From: Candidatus Poribacteria bacterium
GTDB lineage: Bacteria; Poribacteria; WGA-4E; WGA-3G
Length of the DNA: 64,000 nucleotides
Assembly (NCBI GenBank): GCA_965205015.1
Contig: OZ242029.1
Span: 1,664,001 to 1,728,000 of the forward strand
Direction of reading: 5' to 3'
Shown piece after piece: positions 39,597 to 49,842 of the stretch. Each line of letters starts with the position of its first letter. Position 1 is the first letter of the stretch. A program made the translations under genes and the position numbers. A model generated the notes under the pieces. The model worked only from the letters and a program-made list of their open reading frames with translations, did not search any database and was not told where the DNA came from.

Positions 39597-40262
39597 TTAC
39601 TGGTGAGAAGAAACGCCACATCGTGGTCTGCGGCGTTCCTTTTTTCGGTTGCGTGGTTCAAACTTCTCCTTTTTCGTGTGGGATCGTTTTCGGCTGTGCT
39701 GTTCTAACTGTTTCATTTTTCGCTTTGACTTTGGCTTCGCATTCGTCTTTGGCTGCACAGGATGTTCCGTTTTCTTATCCTCATGAATTTCCGCGTGCCC
39801 TCTATAGTAAATTACATAATGGAGGCTGCCACTGTGCAAACTCAGTTTTTTTAATCGCGGGCGGGCTATGCATTTAGAACAACTGCATAACGAACGAAAG
39901 AATGACGGGTGTGTGTCTATCCTCCATGATTCAAGGATAAGCAATCTACGCCTACCAGATGCGTTGCGGTGGTGCTTTGGATTCCCTCTGTGTTGAAAAT
40001 CGGAGCAGTACCTGTAGATGAATACGAGTACTTTTCCTCGGTACCGAACGCTGTGTTCGCCTAACGCTATCCATTTCCAGTGGTCCGAATTTTTTGGATG
40101 GAATTGACCTGCATAAACTAATCCACTCGTTTTTTCGATGGGACGAACGAAATAGTCGCTATCCTGATGGTGTCTCAACTGGCTATTATGGCTGTGGGCA
40201 TTCAATACTAGGACCGCCTGTAGCACACAAACAACAATGCCTATTGTATATCTAAGCTTCAT
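39597..40262 (-). CDS. hypothetical secreted protein with a basic C-terminal tail
   Basis: Signal-peptide-like N-terminus, lies downstream of the promoter-like motif. The tail may be degraded. Confidence 0.45.
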   Translation of the reverse strand: MKLRYTIGIVVCVLQAVLVLNAHSHNSQLRHHQDSDYFVRPIEKTSGLVYAGQFHPKNSDHWKWIALGEHSVRYRGKVLVFIYRYCSDFQHRGNPKHHRNASGRRRLLILESWRIDTHPSFFRSLCSCSKCIARPRLKKLSLHSGSLHYVIYYRGHAEIHEDKKTEHPVQPKTNAKPKSKRKMKQLEQHSRKRSHTKKEKFEPRNRKKERRRPRCGVSSHQ

Positions 40263-40300
40263 GATGTCTTCCCCTATTGTTGACTTTCATCGGTAGTGAG

Positions 40301-40394
40301 GTGATTTAGGGTTTCCTGTCTGATTAACGCCTACTATTATAAGGTGTGATGGCGTATAAAGCGGACAAAAGGGAAAAATATGCGAATTTTCATT
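40301..40394. repeat. 94-bp direct repeat, copy 1, containing the promoter-like motif on the minus strand
   Basis: Matches 59644-59737 with 3 mismatches. Confidence 0.9.
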
Positions 40395-40556
40395 CAGTCC
40401 CAATGGACGAGACCGCCCGCCTCTGGGACCGGGAGACAGGGACCTGTCGTTGTGGTCGAGATCTGTGCCTGCTTTCTGCAGATTTCGCGATGGAATTATT
40501 GATCGCTCTCGTCTATATTTATACTTTACGTTAATTTTCTCAATAGGGAGTAAAAA

Positions 40557-42677
40557 ATGACTAACACTCACCCCTATCTTGAAGTTGCAGATAGGATGAA
40601 TACAATAGTCACTCTCGTGGGTAAGCGGACTGAGGGAGTTGTCTCACTGCCAGAGGGACCATCGATTGTCGATCCCGGACTCGGGCTTGAAAGTCGCGCC
40701 GCAGAACTTTCCGAGAATGCCGAAAACTTAAAGACGGGAACGACCCGTATTGCCGTGGTTGGGGGCGTATCGGCAGGCAAGACGACCCTCTTATGCGCGA
40801 TCACGGGGTTGGAGCTTCCCATGGGTGTGGACGCGAAGACGGGGGTCATTACCGAAATCGTGCCCGGAAACGACCCGAATACAGTAGAGGTCTTCTATAC
40901 CGGCCCCACGAAAAAAAACATGTCGATGGCGGAATTTAAAACGTTTTCTGCCTTGCCTGCAGGTTCTATCGAGAGTGGGAATCCGTTTCCTTTACCCCCA
41001 CATCTGATAAATGTGAGTTCGGCAAGAGTTCAATCGTCCTCAGCATTTTCTCGAGAGGGTGTTACCCTAATAGACACGCTCGGTTTCGGTGCTGGTCAAC
41101 TGACCGCAGATGTCACGCGAGAGAAACTGCGAACGACAGATATCGCTGTTTTGGTTCTCGGCACGCGGCCGCCGTTCAGTAATGATGATGTTACGTTCGT
41201 ACTGGAGCAGCTCGCCGAAGCGCAGATCAACGATTCAAAACTTCGGCATATCTTCTGGGTTTTCAACGATTTTAGCCTACGCGAAGAGGAGAAGGCTGAA
41301 GTATGGGACTCGGCACGTGTCAAACTTAAGGGGTTCCTTGATGAGGAAGACTTTGAAAAGCAGGTTTTCATGGTTGATGCCCTTAAAGCGTTAGCGGCAC
41401 GGCAAAATTCCGAGACGGGTGAAACGCTCGAACGCACAGGGCTACCCGCATTTGAACGCGAGATAAAAAAGGCGTTACAAGGAGGGAAGCAGCGAGTCAT
41501 GGAATCGGTTGTTGCCCGCCAAATTGCTCCGGTTATCCGGGTAGCGCGGGCGGAAATCCGAAAGCAGACAACGGCATTGGATCTCGGTGCTGAACCCTTA
41601 GAAAAAGCCGTCGCCGAAGGGCAAGAAGCCCTGAAAACCAGTAGAGAAAAGGCGAAGGTGCTGCTCCGTGAGCTGAATAGCACGCGCGACGCATTCATCG
41701 ATGTTGTTGTCTCTAATTACATGCATTACTTTTCCGGATTGTCCAATGAGGCGTGGGAGAAAGCATGGACTGAAGTCTCTCCGAAGATCGGCATGCTCGA
41801 ATTTGCGGTCAGTGTATTTTTTAAGGGACGGCGTGAACGGCTGGAAGCCCGTTTGAAGGAACCCCTTGAACGGCTAATTGGTGGAAAATTAGAGGAATGG
41901 GGTGACCAACTCCCAACAGTTGTATCATCGAAACTTCAAGCCTCGTTTCAAGAGTTTGAGGATCTTGCGATGGATTTCGCTGAGTCCCTTGTGGATGTCG
42001 ATGAAAACCTTGTTAAGAGTTTGAATATTGACCCCGAAGACTTGGATGTAACTGACAGAGAAGCGAATGCGAAACGGGTATTTCAAATGCTATTGGGTGT
42101 CTTGCTCTTAGATCCCTCTCAATTTGTAGGTACCCTGTATGCTTCCAATTGGGGGGCGTTCGTTAGACGAATGGTCGTTGAAATCATCGTTGTTGGGGGA
42201 GCAATGATTTTGTTCGGACCCGTGGGGCTAATTGCTGCTCTCGGCGTGCTGATTGCTGAATTTGTGCTAAATCTTCTTATGGATCAAGGGAGTCGCAAGG
42301 ATCGGCTCGCCACCCACGTGGCTCTTAAGATTCGTGAACAGTTCACAGCGGAAAGTGGCAAAATCACCGATCACATCAGGTCTCAGCTCATTGACCATTT
42401 TAAAGAGGTCTACAATAAACTTGATGCCCTGCTGAACCAGGAAATCTCCGAACGCGAACGACAACTTGACGAGCTTCTCTCCCGCAAGAACAGTGAGAGT
42501 TCCACTGCTGATGCGGAACGCGAACGCCTGCATGGAATAAATGCCGCTATCACCCACCAGTGGGAGGCTATCAGCAAACTCGTTTACGGCAAGGTCATTG
42601 ACGAGACCATTGACGAGACAGAGATTCGCGCCGGCATTGAAGATGCGGATGATCTGCTCGGCACACCCGTAGCGTGA
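40557..42677 (+). CDS. bacterial dynamin-like protein with a membrane paddle
   Basis: GGVSAGKT, KTG, DTLGFG, FWVFN, VDALKAL. Hydrophobic IIVVGGAMILFGPVGLIAALGVLIA. Confidence 0.85.
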   Translation: MTNTHPYLEVADRMNTIVTLVGKRTEGVVSLPEGPSIVDPGLGLESRAAELSENAENLKTGTTRIAVVGGVSAGKTTLLCAITGLELPMGVDAKTGVITEIVPGNDPNTVEVFYTGPTKKNMSMAEFKTFSALPAGSIESGNPFPLPPHLINVSSARVQSSSAFSREGVTLIDTLGFGAGQLTADVTREKLRTTDIAVLVLGTRPPFSNDDVTFVLEQLAEAQINDSKLRHIFWVFNDFSLREEEKAEVWDSARVKLKGFLDEEDFEKQVFMVDALKALAARQNSETGETLERTGLPAFEREIKKALQGGKQRVMESVVARQIAPVIRVARAEIRKQTTALDLGAEPLEKAVAEGQEALKTSREKAKVLLRELNSTRDAFIDVVVSNYMHYFSGLSNEAWEKAWTEVSPKIGMLEFAVSVFFKGRRERLEARLKEPLERLIGGKLEEWGDQLPTVVSSKLQASFQEFEDLAMDFAESLVDVDENLVKSLNIDPEDLDVTDREANAKRVFQMLLGVLLLDPSQFVGTLYASNWGAFVRRMVVEIIVVGGAMILFGPVGLIAALGVLIAEFVLNLLMDQGSRKDRLATHVALKIREQFTAESGKITDHIRSQLIDHFKEVYNKLDALLNQEISERERQLDELLSRKNSESSTADAERERLHGINAAITHQWEAISKLVYGKVIDETIDETEIRAGIEDADDLLGTPVA

Positions 42678-42749
42678 CACCGAGACTGAAATACATTCAA
42701 AGGCGGCGGTTGCAAACGCAGTGTCGTCCATACACTCAGGACCCTCTAT

Positions 42750-43388
42750 ATGATGTTTGCATTTAATGAAGGGTTGGCAGAAAGGATTCTCGGTTTTAGG
42801 GCATCCGACGCGCAACTCCTCGAAATGATTACCTTTGATAACGACGGAGATGATAAAAGCATGAAAAAATCGGAGATTGCCTTTAGAGTTCTCATCTCGC
42901 GGCATCGCCATGCTATACAGGCTGCTATTCGTGCCGCTGGCGCACGGGGTGCCGAAGACATGGAAGAAGCCTTCTCTGAAGTCTGCCTCAGAATCGCCAA
43001 GGAGCTTGAAAAGCACGGATTGGATCGCATTGGTGAGAGAGAAGCACCTGTAAAGTGGATCTACACAACCGCTAAGAACGCAACTATTGATTATTTACGC
43101 AGCGTTGGTGCCAAAAGACCCCAGGAAGGAGAGAAAGATACCCGCCCTCCAGAACCCGTCGATCCCCAGGACGCGGTCCTTCAAGACGAGAAAGCCGATG
43201 AGATCAGAAAGGATATTGAGGGACTCCCAGAGCACTTGAGAGAGGTCGCTCTTCTACAGATTGGAGGATACACCCGTTCCGAGATTGCAGAAATACTGGG
43301 AATAAAACTCGGAACTGTTGATAGTCGTATTGGAGAAATCCGCAGGAGACTTCGACACCACAGAGAGAAAGACAATGGTAAAAGTTAA
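42750..43388 (+). CDS. ECF-type RNA polymerase sigma factor
   Basis: Region 2 KWIYTTAKNATIDYLR, region 4 LPEHLREVALLQIGGYTRSEIAEILGIKLGTVDSRI. Start uncertain. Confidence 0.85.
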   Translation: MMFAFNEGLAERILGFRASDAQLLEMITFDNDGDDKSMKKSEIAFRVLISRHRHAIQAAIRAAGARGAEDMEEAFSEVCLRIAKELEKHGLDRIGEREAPVKWIYTTAKNATIDYLRSVGAKRPQEGEKDTRPPEPVDPQDAVLQDEKADEIRKDIEGLPEHLREVALLQIGGYTRSEIAEILGIKLGTVDSRIGEIRRRLRHHREKDNGKS

Positions 43389-43522
43389 GGGTTCTCAGTA
43401 ACGCGTTGTGGCAGTAACTGACAATTCGACTCAAGTTTCGCGATGGGATTTGGCGCGCCGTCCGTCTTATATTGTAAACGAATCACAGGATTTGGGGACC
43501 TCCGACAAGGAAAGAGAATTAG

Positions 43523-44026
43523 ATGACAAAAGAGCAGTACAACACATGCTATAACACAGGCACCTATCGGACCGCGCCCTACGGTGAGCTCGTTGAAGCT
43601 TATGCGCTCGGGCTATTAGCACATAAAGACGCAGCACAAACGGTGCGGGAATCGGTTTATGAACAAGCGTTTGAACTCGCTGCCGATCTTGACATGACAG
43701 CCTCGACGAAATTGTGGGTCCTGTTTCGGGATCTTACACGGGAGTTGTGTATGAAAATGTTGCAGTTGCCTGAAGCGGAAAATCCACTGGCGCGCCTTGA
43801 TTCCGGGGATTCTGCAGTGCCTACCACCAAACTGGAGGTGTTTTATCAATTGCTACGAGAGGTGCCTTTCGACTGTAAGCGCGTTCTGCTCTTGACTTAC
43901 CTATTTGAAGAAAGGCCGGAACAGATTGCCTCTATCCTAAGTAAACCGCTTGAAGAAGTGCGTGATCTCATGGATAGAGGGAATGCTGAGTTAGGTGTGG
44001 CGTTTCTTCGTGTGCCTATGCGTTAG
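43523..44026 (+). CDS. small sigma-region-4-like protein, paralogue of 17233
   Basis: Same length (167 aa), highly similar sequence. Confidence 0.7.
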   Translation: MTKEQYNTCYNTGTYRTAPYGELVEAYALGLLAHKDAAQTVRESVYEQAFELAADLDMTASTKLWVLFRDLTRELCMKMLQLPEAENPLARLDSGDSAVPTTKLEVFYQLLREVPFDCKRVLLLTYLFEERPEQIASILSKPLEEVRDLMDRGNAELGVAFLRVPMR

Positions 44027-44128
44027 TACCTGCTACGGATGCTGCATGAGGTGTTCACTATAGTGCGTATTTTACTGGATGTGTCGTGTGCTACGGATGG
44101 AAAGTGAATGCTACGAAAAGGTGAATAA

Positions 44129-44671
44129 ATGACCAAAGACGATTTCCACTTGTCCTATAACAAAAACACGAAAGATCGTAAAGCTTTGGGGGCGTCCGTC
44201 TTGGCATTTGCCTACCGGATCATTCCAGATGCCGACGCAGCGTGGGAAATTCGGGATGAGGTGATGGGAATTGGTCTCAAGCGGTGTGCCGAATTTGAAG
44301 TAGAGACTGCTTGGGAGGGGAAAAGGCACTGGCCTGGCTTAAAAAAAATAACACGGCACCGCTGCGAACGCATGATCTTGCGTCCAGAGGCGGAGAATCC
44401 ACTGGCGAAAGCGACGTTAAAGCAGTGGATGGAGGATCCGTGGGCAGCCGCGATCGCGAAGTTATCTTTCAATCATCGACAAATCTTTCTTTTATGCACG
44501 GGATTCGGCGGCAATTCGCGAAGCATACACAGTCTCCTCAATAAGCACAGAGCCAAAAACGGGAAAAAACTCACACAAAAAGAGGTTAAAAACCTTCAGG
44601 CAGAAGCATTAGCACTTATAGTAGCAGGTTTCACGGAATCTTATTTCCCTGAATTTTTAAAGGACTGCTAA
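44129..44671 (+). CDS. small sigma-like protein, paralogue of 17851
   Basis: Highly similar sequence and same gene order. Confidence 0.65.
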   Translation: MTKDDFHLSYNKNTKDRKALGASVLAFAYRIIPDADAAWEIRDEVMGIGLKRCAEFEVETAWEGKRHWPGLKKITRHRCERMILRPEAENPLAKATLKQWMEDPWAAAIAKLSFNHRQIFLLCTGFGGNSRSIHSLLNKHRAKNGKKLTQKEVKNLQAEALALIVAGFTESYFPEFLKDC

Positions 44672-44683
44672 AAGGAGAATCCC

Positions 44684-46078
44684 TTGGACGGAATTAAATA
44701 TCCTATCGTGTTGCGCGAATGCAGACGCTTAATTCACGATGATATAGATGCGAACGAAGTCGCAGCTGCTCTCTATAAACGTGGTATCCCTACCGAAAAT
44801 GTGAGTCAACACATATACAATTCCCTGGTGGCATGCTGGGATACCACACCAGACTGGGACGATCCCGCATTTATGAAAATTATCAAAGCAGTGGTGAATC
44901 CAACTGCCCGAAAAGTCGCTGGTTTTGAAGCCGCAAAGACCGCCTATGATTTGCTTGAATATCCAGAGCAGGATCTTTTGAAATTCAAAGGTATCGAGGG
45001 TTTATCGGAGAAAACCATTGCCCAAGTCTCCAGGACACCGCTTGACCAGGTTAAACGGGATGCCACATCAGCGAAGGACACGTTTTGGAAACTTTTCACG
45101 CGTGAGCGGTGGTCCACGCTGGCGTACTTTATCGAAAAACTTTGTGAAGATGCTGATTCATCTTCTCCTGACGTCCTCAAGGTTGAAGCAGAGTACCTCG
45201 CGGCTAAAGGCGCTTATGATTCCCTGGATGCGATAGAGAGAGAAGTCTTGAGACAGCGGTGCGTGCAAGGACGCTCTGTAGAAGCGATCGCGTCCGAACA
45301 GCAGACTTCACTTCTTGAGATTTCTGAAATCTTGGCAAATGCCCGTGAAGCATTCTATGATAAATTTTTGACCGAAATTTATCACCGATGGGTTCTGGAT
45401 AAAGCGTATAAGATCCGAGCCGATGAGGATGCTATAGAAGATGCCTTGACGAATCTGCAAGAGCGACTTTACAAATTCGTCCCAGAAAACTACCAGGGAT
45501 GGTTAACCAAGTCTGCCAAAAGTTTGAGCCTCGATTCGAAAAAAAAAGAGAATCGCCACGGATATATCGCCCAAAAGCGCGGGCGCGTCTATGTAAATGC
45601 TGAAGGTGAATCTGTCTATGTTCTCAGCACGACCGCGGATTCGTTAGAGCCGCATGAAGAAATAGAGAAAGCAGAAGCGGAAAAGAAGGAGTTACGGTTT
45701 TGGGAGCGTGAAAGGAAACGTTGGCACCAATTGCTAACAAAGACCGCTAGGGCGATTTTAAGGTCTAAAAAACCGGAAAAAAAGTTGTTTCTTTTGACAC
45801 ATTACATTCTACAGCCGAAACTCAACGGGTTAAGAACAACTAAACCGGGTGCTATTTACGAATGTCAGTATCCCGGGGAAGCCATGGCAATCGCCCACGT
45901 CCTTGACCAATATCGGTCAAAAGCCACGCAGGCGTGGGCCGGTGAAGTCATAGACGCCACGGATAGAAGCATCCGCCGCTACCTTGACGAAATCATCCCG
46001 CTTGTGAAGAGATATGCAGAAGAGGTCGGTATCAGCGCATCAGAACTCGTGAAAGGGTGTGCCCCGATAAAAGAATAG
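44684..46078 (+). CDS. multi-repeat sigma-like protein with two region-4 units, short paralogue of 18396
   Basis: MDGIKYP joined directly to the third repeat VLRECRRLIHDD. Confidence 0.75.
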   Translation: MDGIKYPIVLRECRRLIHDDIDANEVAAALYKRGIPTENVSQHIYNSLVACWDTTPDWDDPAFMKIIKAVVNPTARKVAGFEAAKTAYDLLEYPEQDLLKFKGIEGLSEKTIAQVSRTPLDQVKRDATSAKDTFWKLFTRERWSTLAYFIEKLCEDADSSSPDVLKVEAEYLAAKGAYDSLDAIEREVLRQRCVQGRSVEAIASEQQTSLLEISEILANAREAFYDKFLTEIYHRWVLDKAYKIRADEDAIEDALTNLQERLYKFVPENYQGWLTKSAKSLSLDSKKKENRHGYIAQKRGRVYVNAEGESVYVLSTTADSLEPHEEIEKAEAEKKELRFWERERKRWHQLLTKTARAILRSKKPEKKLFLLTHYILQPKLNGLRTTKPGAIYECQYPGEAMAIAHVLDQYRSKATQAWAGEVIDATDRSIRRYLDEIIPLVKRYAEEVGISASELVKGCAPIKE

Positions 46079-46118
46079 GACGCCTAAATGTGTCCCTAAA
46101 CCCCAGCCAGATTTACCT

Positions 46119-46151
46119 TTTTGTCCGATTCCTACCCGGTTATCCCTTAAG
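46119..46151 (+). promoter_or_regulatory. putative promoter, copy 3
   Basis: ttttgtccg-N18-cttaag conserved although the spacer differs at several positions. Confidence 0.55.
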
Positions 46152-46291
46152 GGTCTTGAGAGGCATCAGTCTACAGTTTTCAGTCGAGAGATCGTTGTAG
46201 TATTTACAAACGGTTGCACAATTACACGATTCACTGGCGACTGACAACTCTTAAAACTGACAACTGATAATCATAAAAAGGAGAAAATAAG

Positions 46292-46861
46292 ATGAGTACG
46301 AAAGTACAAAACCACGCGACCGAATGCAATATCCGCGTGAAGTCTGGAGATTTAGCAGCTCAAGGCAAAGGAACGATGGCTATTCTGCCCCTGACTGGCA
46401 ATCAAGTCTCCGTCAAAGTACTACTTCCAACGGAGACAGGTGTCCCGGAACCTTTGGATTTGACAGCCGTAGAACGTGTCGAGCTGGTGGCAAAAAAAAA
46501 CGGCTGGTTCAGCAAGAACCAGTGGGGAACACCGCTGTTTACCACGGTTGGTGCTTTTATTGGTGTTCCAGTCGTAATTTTCGCATTGGTAGAGGTGACA
46601 GAGGCTACTGCTTTACTTATCGGCGGAACTTGGCTCGGTGCCACCTACGCTTCCGGAGTTTACACAGGGTCGAAACTCACACGCTTGGCGAGATTCGTTG
46701 TGACGACAAAAGATGGCAAGCATGCTGTGCTTGAGGCACCCGAGCCTGTGTTTGGTTTTTTGAATGGTGTCTATACTGCGCCAAACATCCAGCTGGACGA
46801 CGCAACGGTACCTGAAACCTCGGCAGCACCTGCGGCAGATCCTGCACCCGCAGCGGCTTAA
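46292..46861 (+). CDS. membrane-hairpin protein, paralogue of 20745 and 22994
   Basis: IRVKSGDLAA, LDLTAVERVELV, RLARF, GVYTAPNIQL. Confidence 0.8.
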   Translation: MSTKVQNHATECNIRVKSGDLAAQGKGTMAILPLTGNQVSVKVLLPTETGVPEPLDLTAVERVELVAKKNGWFSKNQWGTPLFTTVGAFIGVPVVIFALVEVTEATALLIGGTWLGATYASGVYTGSKLTRLARFVVTTKDGKHAVLEAPEPVFGFLNGVYTAPNIQLDDATVPETSAAPAADPAPAAA

Positions 46862-46908
46862 AGGACATAACAGACGAGTGGGGCTTCCCGCCTCACTCGT
46901 TTTCAACG

Positions 46909-47148
46909 GGAATTTCAGGGGCGACCCTCCATGACATTATTATCACGGAAGGTATTCGGAATGCCGATGCTGTGATGTTTATCGTAAACCCGAAGCGGAT
47001 TGGTCAGTCAGATAAAGCCGTGTTAGTAGAACGGATTCGGGAGGCGATCAGTCTCGAGAGTATCCTCAAAGACACACCCGATTTTGTTGTGCGTCAGGAG
47101 ATTAACACACTTAATATGAAAATTGCAGAGCTCTCTGAAATTCGGTAA
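46909..47148 (+). pseudogene. deleted remnant of the 23897 dynamin-like gene
   Basis: GISGATLHDIIITEG...REAISL fused in frame to ESILKDT...RQEINTLNMKIAELSEIR*, matching about 24767-24913 and 26305-26398. Confidence 0.85.
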
Positions 47149-47200
47149 CACCGGTGTACACCGTTATACATCCGTTGACAAACACCTAAAGAGAGCGTAA

Positions 47201-47389
47201 GTCAGTTGTAGTGACGACGAGAGTATCCTGATCTGGGACGCAGAGACGGGCAGCCTCCTGCAGCAGGTCATAGGGCATACGGGACACGTGTGGAGAATCG
47301 CGTTCAGTCCGGATGGTAAAACCCTCGCCAGCTCAAGTAGTGATGGGACACTGCTGATCTGGGACCTCACCCATCTCAACGGCGAATAA
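47201..47389 (+). pseudogene. WD40 repeat fragment
   Basis: SDDESILIWDAETG...GHTGHVWRIAFSPDGKTLASSSSDGTLLIWD, preceded by an in-frame stop. Confidence 0.8.
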
Positions 47390-47409
47390 CGTGAAGCGGC
47401 ACTTCAATA

Positions 47410-49842
47410 TTAGTTTGCCGATCGCTCTGTGATAGACTGGCAGAGTTTCTCAGCGGTAGTTATGAAAGCTTTGACAACTGTATACCGGATGTAAGCCTTA
47501 AACTCATTTCTTGATACTACATTGGATACTACATTGGAGGAACTTATAGCAGTGGGGGTCACCAATTCCTCGGCTCTCGCCTTGAACTTATTCTGCTCCC
47601 TCTCAAAACGAGTCATGTCAAACCCACTCGGGTCAGCCCCGTGTGCAAGCAATACTTCTACCGCGTCTAACGGATACGGATTAAACTCATCCGGATACGA
47701 CTGATGCCCATAACGCCAGGAGAAGTTGCCGGGGTCAGCCCCGTGTGCAAGCAATACCTCTATCGCCTCGGCTGCATTCTCCACTGCTGCACTATGCAAG
47801 GGGGGGTAGCCAAATGCAGTCTCAGCATTGGGGTCAGCCCCGTGTGCAAGCAATGCTTCTACCATCTCGGCTGCATTCTCTTCCGCTGCCCTATGCAAAG
47901 CGGTCCTACCAGATTCCTCCTTAGCGTTGAGGTCAGCCCATAACTGCCCACGCCATCTTTCTACCATTTCAAATGCATTCTCTGATGTCTCCGGATACAG
48001 GAGAAGTGGGGTAATGTCATGTGCAGTATCAGGTGTGAAGTACTTCCGCATCGGCTTGAAGAACTCCGTCAATGCGTCATGGATCTCGCTCCGTACCTCC
48101 TTTCGCCTTGACTCGGCTTTCCTCTGTAGCCTGGACCTTTTCTTGTCGAAGCCTGCTACGATGATTGGTATTATTTCCGATGCAGCACCAGCAGCAACAC
48201 CTCTCATAATTCGGCGAAACTTTACTGTATCCTTAATCTTCTTCCTTATATCAATTTGAATTAGTGTTTCATCTAGTAGGCTCCGAACAACTTGCTTCAC
48301 ATCTTTCTTATAGGTGTCATGAACTTGAAGGGCTTCTCTCCCTAATTCTCTGTAGAAACCAGAAAATTCTTCTTGAAAAAATTCAGAAACTTCGTCAACC
48401 TTCCAGAATATAGAATCGAGTTCCTCAACAAAGTAGGAAATGATGTTCTGTCTTACTGTCTCATGATCCCATCCAGCCTCATCAGACCCCTTTTTCGGCA
48501 CATAGCACGAGTCGGCTCCTCCTATGTCCAAATTCCAGTTGTAACGCTCCCCAGACAATAACTCCATAAGACAAGACATCACGTCGTTGGCGATTGTGGC
48601 ACCAATCTTTTTGCCGAATGTGTCAAATGTCTCTTTAATAGCGGTTATCTCTTCATGCTTAGCGGTTCCTATACGTTCACTTTGCTGGGTTTGCATGTGC
48701 TCAGAAAGTTTACTTCTAACTTTCTCAGAGAGAGGGACAGCCCCAAGCACTGTAGCGTACTCAAAGTCGAGCATTGTAATGCAGTCGAGTCCAAATTTTT
48801 CATTCAGGGCAGTCGCGAAACTTTCAATTTGTGCACAACCGCCTGTTAGCACGAGTGCTGGTTTTCTGCCCGTCTCCTTAACAACATTGTTTATGTAGGG
48901 TTCAACTACGTCGCACGCAGGTGTAATATAATTTTTCTCAATGGCTGATTCAATTTCGCGTGCACTCAATGGCACTGAAAAATTCTCCTCAATTTCTATG
49001 GGACGCGGTTGATCATTCGGGTTTCGGCAAAGTGCCTCTTTACGTAATTTGGCTTCGTGACACAAAAACTCAAAGTCATCTTCTGTTATTCTGGTTCCCT
49101 CCTTCATCCTGTTCCTCAATCGATTTTGGAGCGTGCGTGCCAAGTCGACTTCGATATTTCTTCCGCCAACAGTTCGGGTTCCACCCGCCTTAAGTTTACC
49201 CGATTCGCCTTCTTCTCGCATGTACTTCGGCTTACTACGATAGATATACTGCCGATGCATATATGTCCAATGCAGTGTCCCCGCTCCACAGTCCAGAAGA
49301 ATAATATCTGCCGGCAGGTCCTCCTTCCATCTCTCAACGAATTGGGCTGCTGCTATAGGTTCTTCTATCAATTCGACCGAAAACCCGGCTGCCTGAGCAG
49401 AAGCCTTCAATATATTATCTCGTTCGTTCTTTGTGAAGGTACAGGGATGCGTGAGATAGGCTATCTCAGGTTCACTCTCAAAAGCAGAACATTTTCCTGC
49501 TTCTTTCTTGAGGTGTGTGAAAAGTGCTGTCAGCAATTCCTGAGGCGTTTTTTTAACGCGTCTAAAACGAGGCAACCGGAACAGTATAAACTTCTCAGAA
49601 ATTAGACCTTTAATATTGCTAATATTGCTTACAGCTTGTTGGCGGGTTTCTTCAGACTCAAACATCTTTTGAGCATCATAGCCAAGGAGGATTTCCTCAT
49701 CTTCGTTAAGAGCAAAGTATGATGGGAGGTAATTCTCGACACCATGGCGCATCAACTCTGCTTTTTCCGTTTTTGGATCGAAGTAGGCGAGTTTGGTTCT
49801 GCTGGTTCCAAAATCTATCGCCACGACAGAGTTCTTACGCAT
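47410..49842 (-). CDS. Hsp70-family NBD fused to a helical region and ankyrin repeats
   Basis: AIDFGTS, EEPIAAA, LDCGAGT, LTGGCAQI. Ankyrins GRTALHRAAEENAAEMVEALLAHGADPN and following. Confidence 0.85.
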   Translation of the reverse strand: MRKNSVVAIDFGTSRTKLAYFDPKTEKAELMRHGVENYLPSYFALNEDEEILLGYDAQKMFESEETRQQAVSNISNIKGLISEKFILFRLPRFRRVKKTPQELLTALFTHLKKEAGKCSAFESEPEIAYLTHPCTFTKNERDNILKASAQAAGFSVELIEEPIAAAQFVERWKEDLPADIILLDCGAGTLHWTYMHRQYIYRSKPKYMREEGESGKLKAGGTRTVGGRNIEVDLARTLQNRLRNRMKEGTRITEDDFEFLCHEAKLRKEALCRNPNDQPRPIEIEENFSVPLSAREIESAIEKNYITPACDVVEPYINNVVKETGRKPALVLTGGCAQIESFATALNEKFGLDCITMLDFEYATVLGAVPLSEKVRSKLSEHMQTQQSERIGTAKHEEITAIKETFDTFGKKIGATIANDVMSCLMELLSGERYNWNLDIGGADSCYVPKKGSDEAGWDHETVRQNIISYFVEELDSIFWKVDEVSEFFQEEFSGFYRELGREALQVHDTYKKDVKQVVRSLLDETLIQIDIRKKIKDTVKFRRIMRGVAAGAASEIIPIIVAGFDKKRSRLQRKAESRRKEVRSEIHDALTEFFKPMRKYFTPDTAHDITPLLLYPETSENAFEMVERWRGQLWADLNAKEESGRTALHRAAEENAAEMVEALLAHGADPNAETAFGYPPLHSAAVENAAEAIEVLLAHGADPGNFSWRYGHQSYPDEFNPYPLDAVEVLLAHGADPSGFDMTRFEREQNKFKARAEELVTPTAISSSNVVSNVVSRNEFKAYIRYTVVKAFITTAEKLCQSITERSAN

